This document shows positions 12,830-28,888 of a stretch of DNA of 64,000 nt, in pieces. The stretch's first letter is position 1. Every line of letters starts with the position of its first letter. The stretch is from the human T2T-CHM13v2.0 reference genome, Homo sapiens, in assembly GCF_009914755.1 (NCBI RefSeq), contig NC_060948.1. The stretch is one strand, 5' to 3'. The notes under the pieces are model-generated. The model saw only the letters and a program-made list of their open reading frames with translations, ran no database searches and had not been told where the DNA came from. The translations under genes and the position numbers were made by a program.

Positions 12830-13195
12830 AGTCTTTCAACTTCTCATACTTGTTATTTTCCCTCTGTATATGCTATCTTAACTAGCTACAGTGAACTTTT
12901 CTTGTAATCTTTCTCTAACGCTACTTATTCCATTTTCAACTAAATTTCATTTTTGTCTGAAAACCTTTGTAGATGACTTAGAGATTCTGTTTTCTACTAT
13001 TTTATCTTATATTACCATGTATTTTTATCTTTATAACAATTACCTAGTTTCCTTGTCCACTTGTGTATTTATTATTTTTTGAGTGATAACTATTTTCCTT
13101 ATCAGATTGTATGTTCCATGAAGAAATGGAATGTGTCTGCTTCTTACTAGTGCAGCCTCAATGACAGAAGATTGTGTGGCTCACAAAAAGTATGG
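12830..13195 (+). mobile_element. Possible L2 3' fragment
   Basis: AGATTGTATGTTCCATGAAGAAATGGAATGTGTCTGCTT resembles the L2 3' end; highly diverged. Confidence 0.5.
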
Positions 13196-14118
13196 GTGGG
13201 TGTACCAATGTGTGAATTTATGTGTATCTTTGTGGTATCACTAAAGGTCTTAAGGAAATCAGGATTTTCCCAGGTTTTTTAGTCTCACTAAGGATTTTAT
13301 TTTTCTCTTAATCTAGCAGGCATTCTTCACTGATTAAATTCCATTTTCTTCTTTCTCCCCCTTCACACCATCCATCCCATTTCATAAGTAACTTAGAAAG
13401 CTTCACTTCAGATACAATGATAAATTATTAGATTATATTTCCTAGCATTGAAATTTTTGGAAAGCTCTTTATATTATAAACTATTTTCTGTTATGTGTTT
13501 TAGTCACAATTAAATCTAGCTGTGAATAAATTGAAAATATGTCCTCTCTTACCTATAAAAAGCAAAGCTGTAAAATGATTCAAGTATATACCCTTTAAAA
13601 AATGCATTTATCAAAACCAACACTTGTCTGTCAATAATAACCAATTTCTGTATTGTGTTTAAAATGTATCCCTCTATAGATTCAAAAAATATTTAAAATT
13701 TTGTTTCACCATAATTATTTATCAGATTGAATGCATATATGTTTTCAGAAAGCATGCAAGACTAAAAAGACATTTCTGGATTAGCTAGAAATGTAGTAGA
13801 CTAACTGCTTTTTATTATTTTGATTTAGCATTTCTATGCTTCTCATTATTAACAGGTTTATGTTTGAGAAATATCAGAATATTATATGTAATGATTGACT
13901 CAATTATGGACCTTGATATAAATAATTTTGCCCTCTATAAGTAAATTAATATTTTCAATAAATATTAAAAGGGTGCTTTTTTAAAGAAAATATACATGAA
14001 ATTGACACAGGGCCAGCCTTTAAGTGAGTTACAATTATAAATACAAACACCTCATTCTAGTATTCCATTATAAAGTTTAAATCAATAGCTTTAGTAGAGG
14101 TAATTAGAAAGGGAAGCA

Positions 14119-14790
<672 letters not shown>

Positions 14791-14890
14791 TAGGAAAGAA
14801 TCAAGTCCCCATTTTAGTAAAGATCGCCCTCTCTTGGACCAAGTCTACTTCAAATAGCAACCCTCCAAGTCTGCATAAGATTTATGTCTA

Positions 14891-15187
14891 GGCCAGGTGC
14901 AGTGGCTCATGCCTATAATGCCAGCACACTGGGAGGCCAAAGTGGAAAGATCACTTGAGTTCAGGAGTTGAAAACCTGCCTGGGCAACATAACAAGATCT
15001 CATCCCTACTAAAAGTCAAAAAAAGAAAATCAGCTGGACATGGTGGCATGCACCTGTAGTCCCAGCTAGTTGGGAGGCTGAGAAGGGGAAATTGTTTGAG
15101 TCCAGGAGATCAAGGCTGCAGTGAGCTCTGATTCAGCCACTGCAATTCAGGCTGGGCAACAGAGTAAGATCCTGTCTCAAAAAAAAG
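14891..15187 (+). mobile_element. AluJ
   Basis: Full dimer with CCTGGGCAACATA and AGGCTGCAGTGAGC J-type positions. Confidence 0.85.
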
Positions 15188-15529
15188 AGAAGATTTCTAC
15201 GTTAGACATTGTTGCCTACAAACCATTGCACCCAGAATCGGAGCAAAGGGTAGTAATTTCAGTTACCAAAGAAACTTAAAACCAGGGAGAGAAAACTGGA
15301 TTAGCCAATGTTAGTAGAATGTTCCTAAATACACATTCTATATGCATTTTGTACTATTCTAATTTAGCAATTTCTTAAATGACAAGTGTCAATAATTTAT
15401 TTTTCACAGCCCTACCACAGTGATCATACAAATTTCTTTCTATGCTCTTCCTGTTATCACAACATAATATTAAACCCCCGTAGGTACTAAAACAAAGACT
15501 TACTTTTTAAAATGTATTTTAAATTGCTT

Positions 15530-15808
15530 AATATTTCTATTTTAATAACTTTAGGAGTATAAGTGGTTTTTATTAACATGGATAAATTGTACAATGGTGA
15601 AGTCTGGGCTTTTAGTATACCCATCACCCAAATAATGTACGTTATACACAATAAGTAATTTCTCATTCCTCACTCCCTCTCCCATTTCTTCCCTTTTTGA
15701 GTCTCCAATGTCCATTATACCACTCTGTATACCTTTGGATAACCATAGCTTAGCTATAACTTATAAGTGAGAACATGCAGTATTTGATTTTCTGTTTGTG
15801 AGTTACTT
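15530..15808 (-). mobile_element. L1PB-type 3' end, left part (continues at 35668-35728)
   Basis: L1 3' UTR antisense (ACATGGATAAATTGTACAATGGTGAAGTCTGGGCTTTTAGT..TAAGTGAGAACATGCAGTATTTG..GAGTTACTT), cut by the MER50 provirus. Confidence 0.85.
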
Positions 15809-16224
15809 TGTTACTGGCAGTAAATCCATATGGGTCTTCAGCTACCTCAATTCTTCACTCCTCAGAAAAGAGAATTTGACTGGCATAAGGCAGAAGAGAA
15901 CAAGGCCAAGTGTAGAGCAGAAATAAAACTTTATTAAAAAGCTCTGTAGCAGAAACAAAAGGAAGAAAACTACATTTGGAAGTAGACCAAGTGGGTTACT
16001 TGAAAGACAAGTGTGCAGTTTGAACTTTTGACTTGGGGTTTATATGTTGGCATACTTCTGGGTCTTGTGTCTCTTCTACCCTGATATTTTCTTAGGGGTG
16101 GACTCTCTGCATGCACAGTGGCCAGCCAGCACTGGGGAGGTGAGAATATGAAGAGTGTTTACTGGAGTTGTGCACATGCTAACTTGAGGTGCTCTTCCCT
16201 TACCAGCCAAATGTCACTAGGAGG
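15809..16224 (-). mobile_element. MER50 3' LTR, 3'-terminal part
   Basis: Homologous to 34974-35400; interrupted at 16224. Confidence 0.85.
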
Positions 16225-18743
16225 TGTGAACCCTGAATATCTGAGACAGATCTCAGTAAATTGAAAAAGTTTATTTTGCCAAGGTTGAGGATGCACTTCC
16301 ATGACACAGCCTCAAGAGGTCCTAATGACATGTGCCCAAGGTGGTTGGAGCACAGCTGGATTTTATACATTTTAGAAAGACATGAGACATCAATAAATAT
16401 ATGTAAGATGTACATTGGTCCCTCCAGAAATGTGGGACAACTTGAAACCTATGAGAACATGACCTTCTTTACTTACCACAGTCAGAAATCCTGTACAGAG
16501 ACTGTGGAGAAAAGGTATGAGGCCAGTTTTTCCAAAAGGCTTTTATTGGCTCTATAAGTCAAGTTTGATTCCTTAAAGGAAATCATATGAGTCTAGTCAA
16601 AGTCTTGATAAAATAACCAGTTTATCCAATTGTGTCCTGTTGCAAAATAAAACATTCTTAGTGCACTTATGCAAATAACTATTTGCCATACACTAAGAAC
16701 ACTCACAAATAGTTTTCAAATCCTGGAGAAATGAGGTAGAGAGAAACAAATATGCTTCCAATTTTGTTGATAGGAGTATAGTTTCTCAATTGCTACAACC
16801 CGTAAATAGCTCAAAAAAAACTTGTCTTGACTGTGAAAAGCAATAAAAGGGTCAACATTGTTTTCAGTAAAAAAGTCAAAAAATTACTTTAGTCTTCTAT
16901 TAGTTTAGTCAACGCAGTTAACTTCTGTTCTGCATGATATTCGTAAACATTCCAGCTGTGTATGAGAGTACTGAAAGTTTTTTCTCTATTCTAATGTCAC
17001 AATCACCAAAGTTATCAGAACCCTACATTCAAGAATACCTGTTAGTTTTATAGCTGATTATAAAACCACCTTCTAAAGAGAACAAAAACAAAACAACATT
17101 TGTTTGTGGATGACAAAAAGCTTTAGGGTAGCTATAGTCAAAGATACAATTAAGGAGGAAATTTGTTATCTCTCTGGCAAACAAAATTTAACATAGCAAT
17201 TATAATTATTTCTGATAATGTACACTAAGTCATATTATAATTATAGGAGCTTCCCAAATGTTGGAACACATACCAATAACATATTTACACAAATACAGCC
17301 CAGAAAAGACTAAACATCATTTCATATTTTACAGTGCTTCCTGTATGATTTTTATACCAAACAAGCCAAATATGTCATTTTAAAACTTTAGGGAAAGTAA
17401 TATCTTAAAGGAATAGTTAGGTCAGAAAAAAAAAAAAACACAGTTTACAAATTCATTTTGGAAAATTTGTCAAATATCAAAGATTTAAAACACTTGTTAT
17501 CACAAAATAGGATCCCAGGTCATTGTAAAATAAGTCATCCCTTTAACAAAAGTAATAACTCAAGGATTTCAAAAAAAGGCAAAACTTCATTCTTTAAGAG
17601 AAGATACTTAATTTTCCAAACAATAAGCCCTAATAAAGCAGCATAAAGCCAATTAAACTTGTTTGTCAAAATTTTATAAACAATCTTTAAATTCTAATCA
17701 CCTTGACCATAAAAGATATAATTTCCACAATCCTTTCATAACCTTTATTAAAAAGTTGGTTAATGCTTCAAGAAAAGCTTGTTAATCTGACATAAAGGCC
17801 AATATGCTGGTCATGCATCAGTATGCCTTCGGTATTAATGGTTAATTTATAGAGAAATTGAACTTATTTTATCTCTCAAAATTGTGTCTTACAATCTCAC
17901 ATGCCCATCTCTTCCGCAGTAGTCCCTGGGCCTTGAGGAGTTGAATAGCTTTAATTTCTGGCCCTGTGTCTCAGAAATGCAGTTTAGTTTGATTAGTGCC
18001 TTTGACTGGGCCTGAAGATGAGGTTTTAATTGCTGTCAGTGTTTAAGATTTAGCAGGACTTGGTGTCCTTTTCAGATCAAGGAGTCAAAGACCTGTAACT
18101 CAATGTCATAAGGACTTTAAAAGCACATACAGAAAGATACACAGATGTATAACCTTAATTAAGAAAAAAATATTTTAATCTCAGTTTTTTCTTCTAAGCA
18201 AACCAAAACTTAACAATAATAGCATAGGAATTATTTCAAAAAAATTTAAAATCTGTTAGGACAGTTACCAAAAAGCAAAATAAAAGACCTTCGATGGCTG
18301 GCAAGATGGCTGAATAGGAAGAGCTCCGCTCTGCAGCTCCCAGGGAGATCAATGCAGAAGGTGGGTGATTTCTGCATTTCCAACTGAGGTACCATGCTCA
18401 ACTCATTGGGACTGGTTAGACAGTGAGTACAGTCCCTGGATGGCAAGCAGAAGCAAGGGGGGACATTGCCTCACCTGGGAAGCACAAGGGGCCAGGGAAC
18501 TCCCTCCCCTAGCCAAGGGAAGCCATGAGGGACTGTGCCATGAGGAACAGTGCAATCTGGCCCAGATACTACACTTTTTCCCACGGTCTTCACAACCCAC
18601 AGATCAGGAGATTCCCTCGGGTGCCTACACCACCAATAACCTGGGTTTTAAGCACAAAACTGGGTGGCTGTTTGGGTAGACAGTGAGCTAGCTGCAGGAG
18701 TTTTTTTTTTTTGTACACCAGAGGCATGTGGAACACCAGCGAG

Positions 18744-18929
18744 TCAGAACTGTTCACTCCTCTGGAAAGGGGGATGAAGCCAGGGAGCCAAGTGGTCTAG
18801 CTCAGTGGATCCCACCCCTACAGAGCCCAGCAAGCTAATATCCACTGGCTTGAGATTCTTGCTGCCAGCACAGCAGTCCAAAATTGACCTGGGATGCTCA
18901 AGCTTGGTGCGGGCAGGGGCGTGCACCAT
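18744..18929 (-). CDS. L1 ORF0-like antisense ORF, 61 aa (putative)
   Basis: ATG at 18929 in GTAATGG context; MVHAPARTKLEHPRSILDCCAG..GSVGVG matches L1 ORF0 in the M..AP, DCCA and SVGVG motifs (from recall). Translation is unproven. Confidence 0.5.
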   Translation of the reverse strand: MVHAPARTKLEHPRSILDCCAGSKNLKPVDISLLGSVGVGSTELDHLAPWLHPPFQRSEQF

Positions 18930-19636
18930 TACTGAGGCTTGAGTAGGTGGTTTTCCCCTCACAGTGTAAACAAAGCTGCTGGGAAATTTGAACTAGACAG
19001 AGCCCACCGCAGCTCGGCAAAGCCGCTGTAGCCAGACTGCCTCTCTAGATTCTTCCTCTCTGGGCAGGGCATCTCTGAAAGAAAGGCAGCAGCTCCAGTC
19101 AAGGGCTTATAGAAAAAACACCCATCTCCCTGGGAAAGAGCACCTGGGGGAAGAGGTGGCTGTGGGTGCAACTTCAGTGGACTTAAACATTTCTGCCTGC
19201 TGGCTCTGAAAAGAGCAGCAGATCTCCCAGCACAGCACTCGAATTCTGCTAAGGGACAGACTGCTTCTTCAAGTGGGTCCCTGACACTCATGTCTCCTGA
19301 CTGGGAGACACCTCCCAGCAGGCGTCAACAGACATCTCGTACGGGACAGCTCCAGCTGGCATCTGGTGGGTGCCTCTCTGAGATGAAGCTTCCAGAGGAA
19401 GGAACAGACAGCAATCTTTGCTATTCTGCAGCCTCTGCTGGTGATACCCAGGCAAACAGGGTCTAAAGTAGACCTCCAGCAAATGCCAGCAGACCTGCAG
19501 CAGAGGGGCCTGACTGTTAGAAGGAAAACTAACACACAGAAAGGAATAGCATCGACATCAACAAAAAGATGTCCAAATAATGATCTCATCTGAAAGTCAC
19601 CAACATCAAAGACCAACGGCAGATAAATCCATGAAG

Positions 19637-20660
19637 ATGAGGAAAAACCAGGGGAAAAAAAGGCTGAAAATTCAACAAAAAGAATGCCTCTTCTCCTCCT
19701 ACAAAGGATCAAAACTCCTTGCCAGCAAGAGAAAAAAACTGGACAGAGAATGAGTTTTATGATTTGACAGAAGTAGGCTTCAGAAGGTGGGTAATAACAA
19801 ACTCCTCCAAGCTAAAAGAGCATGTTCTAACCCAATGCAAGGAAGTTAAGAACCTTGAAGAAAAGGTTAGAGGAATTACTAACTAGAATAACCAGTTTAG
19901 AGAAGAAGATAAATGACCTGATGGAGTTGAAAAAACAGCATGAGAATTTCGTGAAGTATACACAAGTATCAATAGCCAATCGATCAAGCAAAAGAAAGGA
20001 TATCAGAGACTGACAATCTACTTAATGAAATAAAGCATGAAGACAAGATGACAGAAAAAGAAAGAAAAGGAATGAACAAAGCCTCCAAGAAATACGGGAC
20101 TATGTGAAAAGACCAAATCTGCGTTTGATTGGTACCTGAAAGTGATGGGGAAAATGGAGCCAAGCTGGAAAACTCTCTTCAGGATATTACCCAGGAGAAC
20201 TTCCCCAACCTAGCAAGACAGGCCAACATTCAAATTCAGGAAATACAGAGAACACCACAAAGATACTCCTTGAGGAGAGCAACCCCAAGACACATAATTG
20301 TCAGATTCACCAAGGTTGAAATGAAGGAAAAATGTTAAGGGCAGCCAGAGAAAGTTCGGGTTACTCACAAGGTGAAGTCCATCAGATTAGCAGCAGATCT
20401 CTCTGCAGAAACCGTACAAGCCAGAAGACAGTGGGGGGGGGAATATTCAACATTCTTAAAGACAAGAATCTTCAACCCAGAATTTTGTATCCAGCCAAAC
20501 TAAGCTTCATAAGCGAAGGAGAAATAAAATCCTTACAGACAAGCAAATGCTGAAAGATTTTGTCACCACCAAGCCTGCCTTACAAGAGCTCCTGAAGGAA
20601 GCACTAAACATGGAAAGGAAAAACCAGTATCAGCCACTGCAAAAACAGCAAATTGTAAAG
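19637..20660 (+). pseudogene. L1 ORF1p remnant, frameshifted
   Basis: Fragments QENFPNLARQANIQIQEIQRTPQRY..PRHIIVRFTKVEMKEK and QPRILYPAKLSFISEGEIKS lie in different frames. Confidence 0.9.
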
Positions 20661-20721
20661 ACCATTGACACTATGAAGAAACTGCATCAACTAACAGGCA
20701 AAATAACCAGCTAGCATCATA

Positions 20722-21965
<1,244 letters not shown>

Positions 21966-24072
21966 TAGAAACACTTCTACGCAAGTAAACTGGAAAATCT
22001 AGAAGAAATAGAAAAGTTCCTGGACACGCACACCCTCCAAAGACTAAGGAAGAAGTCAAATGCCTGAATAGACCAATAACAAGTTCTGAAATTGAGGCAG
22101 TAATTAATAGCCTACCAATAAAAAAAAAAAAACAGTACCAGAAGCCTTCACAGTTGAATTCTACCAAAGGTGCAAAGAGGAGCTGGTACCATTCCTTCTG
22201 AAACTATTCCAAACAATAGAAAAAGAGGGAATCCTCCCTAACTCATTTTATGAGGCCAGCATCCTCCTGATACCAAAAGCTGGCAGAGACATAACAAAAA
22301 AAGAAAATTTCAGGCCAATATCCCTGAGGAACATTGATGTGAAAATCTTCAATAAAATAGACAAACCGAATCCAGCATCACATCAAAAAGCTTATCCACC
22401 ATGATCAAGTCAGCTTCATCCCTGGGATGCAAGGTAGGTTCAACATCTTCAAATCATTAAACGTAACCCCTCACATAAACAGAACCAATGACAAAAACCA
22501 CGATTATCTCAATAGATGCAGTAAAGGCCTTTGATAAAATTCAACACCTCTTCATGCTAAAAACTCTTAACAAACTAGGTTTTGATGCAATGTATCTCAA
22601 AATAATAACAGCTATTTATGACAAACCCACAGCCAATATCATACTGGATGGGCAAAAGCTGGAAGCATTCTGTTTGAAAACCGGCACAAGACAAGGATGC
22701 CCTCTCTCACCACTCTTATTCAACAGACTATTGGAAGTTCTGGCCAAAGCAATCAGGTAAGAGAAAGAAATAAAGTGTATTCAAATGGGAAGAGAGGAAG
22801 TCAAATTGTCTCTGTTTGCAAATGACATGATTGTATATTTAGAAAACTCCATTGTATCAACCCAAAATCTTCTTAAGCTGATAAGCAGCTTCAGCAATGT
22901 CTTGGGATACAAAATCAATGTGCAAAAATCACAAGCATTCCTATACAACAATAATAGACAGAGAGCCAAATCATGAGTGAAATCCAATTCACAGTTGCTA
23001 CAAAGAGAATAAAATACCTAGGAATACAACTTACAAGGGATATGAAGGACCTCTTCAAGGAGAAATACAAATCACTGCTCAAGGAGATAAGAGAGGACAC
23101 AAACAAATGAAAAAACATTCCATGTTCATGTACAGGAAGAATCCATATCCTGAAAATGGCCACACTGCCAAAAGTAATTTATAGATTCAATGCCATCCCC
23201 ATCAACTACCATTGACTTTCTTCACATAATTAGAAAAAACTACTTTAAATTTCATATGGAACCAAAAAAGAGCCCATAAAGCCAAGAGAATCCTAAGCAA
23301 AAAGAACAAAGCTGGAGGCATCAGAATACCTGACTTCACATTATACTACAAGTCTGCAGTAACCAAAACAGCATGGTACTGGTTCCAAATCAGATATATA
23401 GACCAATGGAACAGAACAGAGGCCTCAGAAATAATGCCACACATCTGCAACCATCTCGTCTTTGACAAACCTGACAAAAACAAGCAATGGGGAAAGGATT
23501 CCTTATTTAATAAATGGTTTTGGGAAAACTGGTTTTCCATATGCAGAAAACTGACACTGGACCCCTTTCTTACACCTTATATAAAAATTAACTCAAGATG
23601 GACTAAAGACTTAAATGTAAGACCTAAAAACCCTAGAAGAGAACCTAGAAAACACCATTCAGGACATAGGCATGGGCAAAGACTTCATGACTAAAACCCC
23701 AAAGGAATGGCAACAGAAGACAAAATGGACAAATGGGATCTAATTAATCTGAAGAGCTTCTGCAAAGCAAAAGAAACTATCACCAGAGTGAACAGGCAAC
23801 CTGCAGAATGAGAGAAAATTTTTGCAATCTATCCATCTTACAAAGGGCTAATATCCAGAATCTACAAAGAACTTAAACAAATTTACAAGAAAACAACAAA
23901 CAACCCCATCAAAAAGTGAGTGAAGGATATGAACAGACAGTTCTCGAAAGAAGACATTTATGCGGCCAACAAACATATGAAAAAAAGCTCATCATCACTG
24001 GTCATTAGAGAAATGCAAATCAAAACCACAATGCGGTACCATCTTATGCCAGTTAGAATGGCGGTCATTTGA

Positions 24073-24448
<376 letters not shown>

Positions 24449-25877
24449 TTACACTGTTGGTGGGAATGTAAATTAATTCAACCATTGTGGAAGACAGTGT
24501 GGTGATTCCTCAAGGATCTAGAACTAGAAATACTATTTGACCCAGCAATCCCATTATTGGGTATATATCCAAAAAATTATAAGTAATTCTACTACAAAGA
24601 CACATGCACACGTGTATTTATTTCAGTACTATTTACAGTAGCAAACACTTGGAACCAACCCAAATGCCCATCAGTGATAGACTGGATAAAGAAAATGTGG
24701 CACATATACACCATGGAATACTATGCAGCCATAAAAAAGGATTAATTCATGTCTTTTGCAGGGACATGGATGAAGCTGGAAACCACTACTCTCAGCAAAC
24801 TGACACAGGAACAGAAAACCAAACACCGCATGCTCTCACTAATGTCAAACAATGTGAACACATGGACACAGGGAGGGGAACATCACACACTGGGGTCTGT
24901 CAGTGGGTGGAGGGTTAGGGGAGGGATAGCATTAGGAGAAATAGCTAATGTAGATGACAGGTTGATTGGTGCAGCAAACCACCATGGCACATGTATACCT
25001 ATGTAACAAACCTGCACATTCTGCACATATATCCCAGAACTTAAAGTATAATTAAATAAATAAATAAATAAAAAGACCTTCTGCAGTGCACAGAATATTA
25101 TGTTGGAAGAAAACATTTCCTTCAGACCTTTCAGAAAACATTGTTAGCATCAGGCCATAACAAAGAGAACCTGAGGTGGGGGAAAGCATATATGAGCTGA
25201 AAATGAGTTGAAGGAGAGCATTACCATTTCATGCCTTTTAAAAGCGGAGACAAAACAAAAATGATGAGATGTAATAAAAGTTGAACTTATGGTTAAAAAT
25301 AATGAAAATATCTTATAATGTATTCAGAGTAAATCAATCCCTTCAGAAATTTCACTCTTCTAACCAATTCTTTAGTGTGGAAGTGTTTTTTAACATCAAA
25401 CCTAATTTCTAGAAAGACCATTATAATTTCCCTTTAATTATAAACAACTTTATCACACAAAGATTTGTTTTTAATAAAGCCTCTAAGACTAAATTTACAA
25501 TACAAAATTTTTTACTCATATAAAATTATGTCTTTTTAAGCTTTCTCACCAACAAATAACTCTTTATTTCTGTAACTTTCTTCACATCTCTCTTATTTCC
25601 TGGCTCTTTTTACCTTGTTTTATATATAATATTTAAATAAAATTTGAGTTAGACAAAAAATGTTCACTGTTTTAAAAAGAACACTTTTTTAGAAAAAGAG
25701 ATTTTCTACAATATATTATTATCAAAAAATACCAAAATAATGAAATATCTATTATTTAACTTTAGATATTAAATTGTCATGTTTGTCTACAAGTTTTTAT
25801 CCTATTACATTTACCTAATTATTTTAATCATTTACATAGATTTTTTATGAAAACTGCAATAGTTATTATGTAAGTTA

Positions 25878-26098
25878 TAAAACTACCATTGCAAAATTAT
25901 AACTGAGACAGTGAAACATATCTCACCTAACTGACTCCATCCTGTTTCTAACCTCCAGCTGTCCTTGTTTATTCCTGAACATAGGCCATAGTAACTTTGG
26001 AGGGAACTTAGTTTATGGTTTAGCTTTGAAACAAAGATAAGAACAGTTCTTTCTCAAAACAAAGCTCCTTACTACCTGTGGAATAGACTGCTTAAGGC
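25878..26098 (+). mobile_element. LTR8-like 5' fragment within the MER4 internal region, opposite orientation
   Basis: TTGCAAAATTATAACTGAGACAGTGAAA..CCTAACTGACTCCATC..CTAACCTCCAGCTGTCCTTGTT matches the recalled LTR8 start. Confidence 0.7.
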
Positions 26099-28417
26099 CG
26101 TTATGGTAACTGTACTAAATAATTCCAGATGTAGCTATTTTTATTAAACCAATATCAATGTCTTATTTATCAAAAATCACACAAGCAAACATCATTCTGT
26201 TTTGGTCTGGGTTTTATAGTTTTGTATTGCCTGTGCCAAACTCTGACACATAGTAGTTGACAGGGATAAGTATGAAATTGCTTGATCAATAAATGCAAAT
26301 GAAAATGTATGCTGGAAGTTCCTAAGACATTTTTAATATTACTTTACCAATAATTTTCAACTAGCTTATTTATTAGCGAATTTACTTAAGTCATATAAAC
26401 TTGAAAAAACATTTAACTAGTCTTTCCTTTGTTCTGGTATTGATTTAAGTGTTTTTATTTCTCTTTAAGCCAATTAATTAGAGCTCTTTTATATATTTTA
26501 AATAGTGAAACACTGTGTACACAACCCATAAATACACAGACGTATTTGGCATGCCAATAGAAGTACATCTTATTGATTCATGAGACCTTTTTTTTTCCCC
26601 CATCTTAGACTTGCAATCTCTTGATAACCTGTTTCATTATCCTGGAAGTTGTCCGATAAATCTGCATATTAAAGGAAACAAGTCTTATGTGAAAAATCAA
26701 ATAGCAAAATTTACTTCTCAAGGTTCAGAGAGAAAAAATCTGGTGGTTCTAGAGGGAGATTAAAGATGGATGCCACATTAAACATTAAAATAAAAATTTA
26801 TCATAAGAGTGTATAAGAATACCAATTTTATTTAGATAGGGACTACCTATTTTTAACCGGATCTCTGAGCTCTGAGCAGAGCCCACACTGAATCGTGAGT
26901 CTCCAAAAGAAAATTATGAGACTAGGCCTGTGATGAGTTTACAGTGCACCATAATTTTTTTTAAACAAAGACATTTCTAAGTCTCTACACTCTTCCTTAA
27001 AAACCCAAGAGTAGCCTCTGTTGCAACAACTATCTTAGTCAAAAAATCAGGTAACACAATACAAAAGCAAGCAGTTTAAAGGCAGAGATAAACTTTTCTG
27101 TTTACACTCTTGGGGTTCCATAAGGAAAAACAGAGATTTCTCCCCAGAAGTGAGTCTGGCACCTTCTCCATTTTTTAATTAACCCCCAGGCAATTAGAAA
27201 CTATTTTAGGTCCCTCATGCAACAGAGGATGCAAGAGAAAGGAGAGACGCAGAAGTAAATAAAGGAAACAGAATTCAGTCAACTGAGAAGGAAATTAACT
27301 TTTGCTCAGAAAGGCAAAGTCCTAGGTGAAAAGAAAAGTAAAACAAAAATATGAAGACCTTTCAAATACAAATACACACACACATGCAAACATACACACA
27401 TACATCTTGGATGCTGGCTTTTAGTTAAGCTGACTTTTAACCATTGAGCTCCTTTAAAAAAATCTTTTTTTAAAAATCTCATTACCGTATTTCAGCTAGA
27501 GAAAATTGCTGCTACTTCAGAAGTACCAAGTATCAAACCAGAAACGGCTTGTTTTAGGAACCAAACCCAGGCTGCCATGGTAAAAAACAAAGGCAGAAGC
27601 ATAGCTATGGAACTACAGTATGGGGAAACAACCATTGCTCTTTTAGTTTGGACTGGCTAGTGAAATGGCTAGTGAAAAGGTGGCCTTGTTATGTAAATAA
27701 AGCCCCTTAAGAAGTCAAAATAAAAAATCTTTTTCTTTTGCAGGCCATTTCCCCCTCAACTATACCACCTTTTTGTGGGGAGCGGGGAGGGGGAATTTAG
27801 CCACTTTAGGGCCTTGTTCCCCATAATTTGAAACTTCCTTTTGGATTTTATCAAGTCAGATAGAGCTGATGAAACCCAATGGGAAAAAGACTGAAACAAC
27901 AACAAAAACAGAAACAAACAACAACAACAAAACCGTTAAGCAAAACAAATGATCGCACAACTTATACAATTACTTAGCACTCTAATGGTAAGGAGAAATT
28001 AAGACAAGCTGGTTGTTAATCTTAACTTTAGCAAGGACAAACCCCAATTGAGCTAATCACCTAGGGATGGGCCTCAGGCTGAAGACTGTCCATCCTAGAA
28101 GCAGGAAAAAACTCAAATTTGTCTTCCCTGTTGGAAGCGAGCTCAAACTCCATAAAAAAAGTTACCCATCTTCCATCATCATGAAAGCAGGAAAACTTGC
28201 ATTTCTTGTTACTCGCAAGTAAAATTCCATAAAAGGGAGTTGTACAGCAAAACATACTTCAAATCTCGACCAAATTTTGGGATACCAGGGATTCTTTGGA
28301 CGGGGTGCTTCCAGGCCTAAGCAAATTGCCCTATTGGTTTGAGCCATAAAGATAGCTCAAGCTGGTACCAAGCACCAATAGGAGATTTGTCAAAGGTCAA
28401 GGATGCTTCTACTCAGA

Positions 28418-28435
28418 ATCTCTTCATGATTGCCA
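28418..28435 (-). promoter_or_regulatory. Degenerate primer-binding site (PBS), tRNA-Arg-like
   Basis: Minus-strand TGGCAATCATGAAGAGAT, 3 nt after the LTR end; 13/18 to TGGCGACCACGAAGGGAC, all mismatches transitions. Confidence 0.6.
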
Positions 28436-28438
28436 AAA

Positions 28439-28888
28439 TGTGAATGATGAATATCTAAGACAGGTCTCAGGAAATTTAGGAAGGTTATTTTGCCAAGGTT
28501 TAAGATGTGCACCCATTACACAGCCTCAGGAGGTCCTGACGACACATGCCCAAGGTGGTCAAAGCACAGCTTGGTTTTTACATTTTAGGGAGACATGAGA
28601 CATCAATCAATATCTGTATGATGTACATTGATTCCGTCCAAAAAGGTGGGACAACTCAAAGCAGCGAGGGGGCTTCCAGGTCACAGGTAGATGAGAGACA
28701 AATGATTGCATTCTTTTGAGTTTCTGATTAGCCTTTCTAAAGGAGGCAATCAGATAGGCATTTATCTCAGTGAGCAGAGGGATGATTTTGAATAGAATGG
28801 GAGGCAGGTTTACCCTAAGCAGTTCCCAGCTTGAGTTTTCTTTTTAGCTTAATTATTTTGGGGTCCCAAGATTTATTTTCCTTTCACA
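28439..28888 (-). mobile_element. MER4A1 5' LTR (complete)
   Basis: TG...CA, 450 bp, AATAA-type poly(A) region, adjacent PBS. Confidence 0.88.

Noticed and set aside
18959-19712. 110-aa and 147-aa antisense ORFs in the L1PA7 5' UTR
   Set aside because: No recognisable domain, non-ATG or weak starts, and expected by chance in GC-richer UTR sequence.
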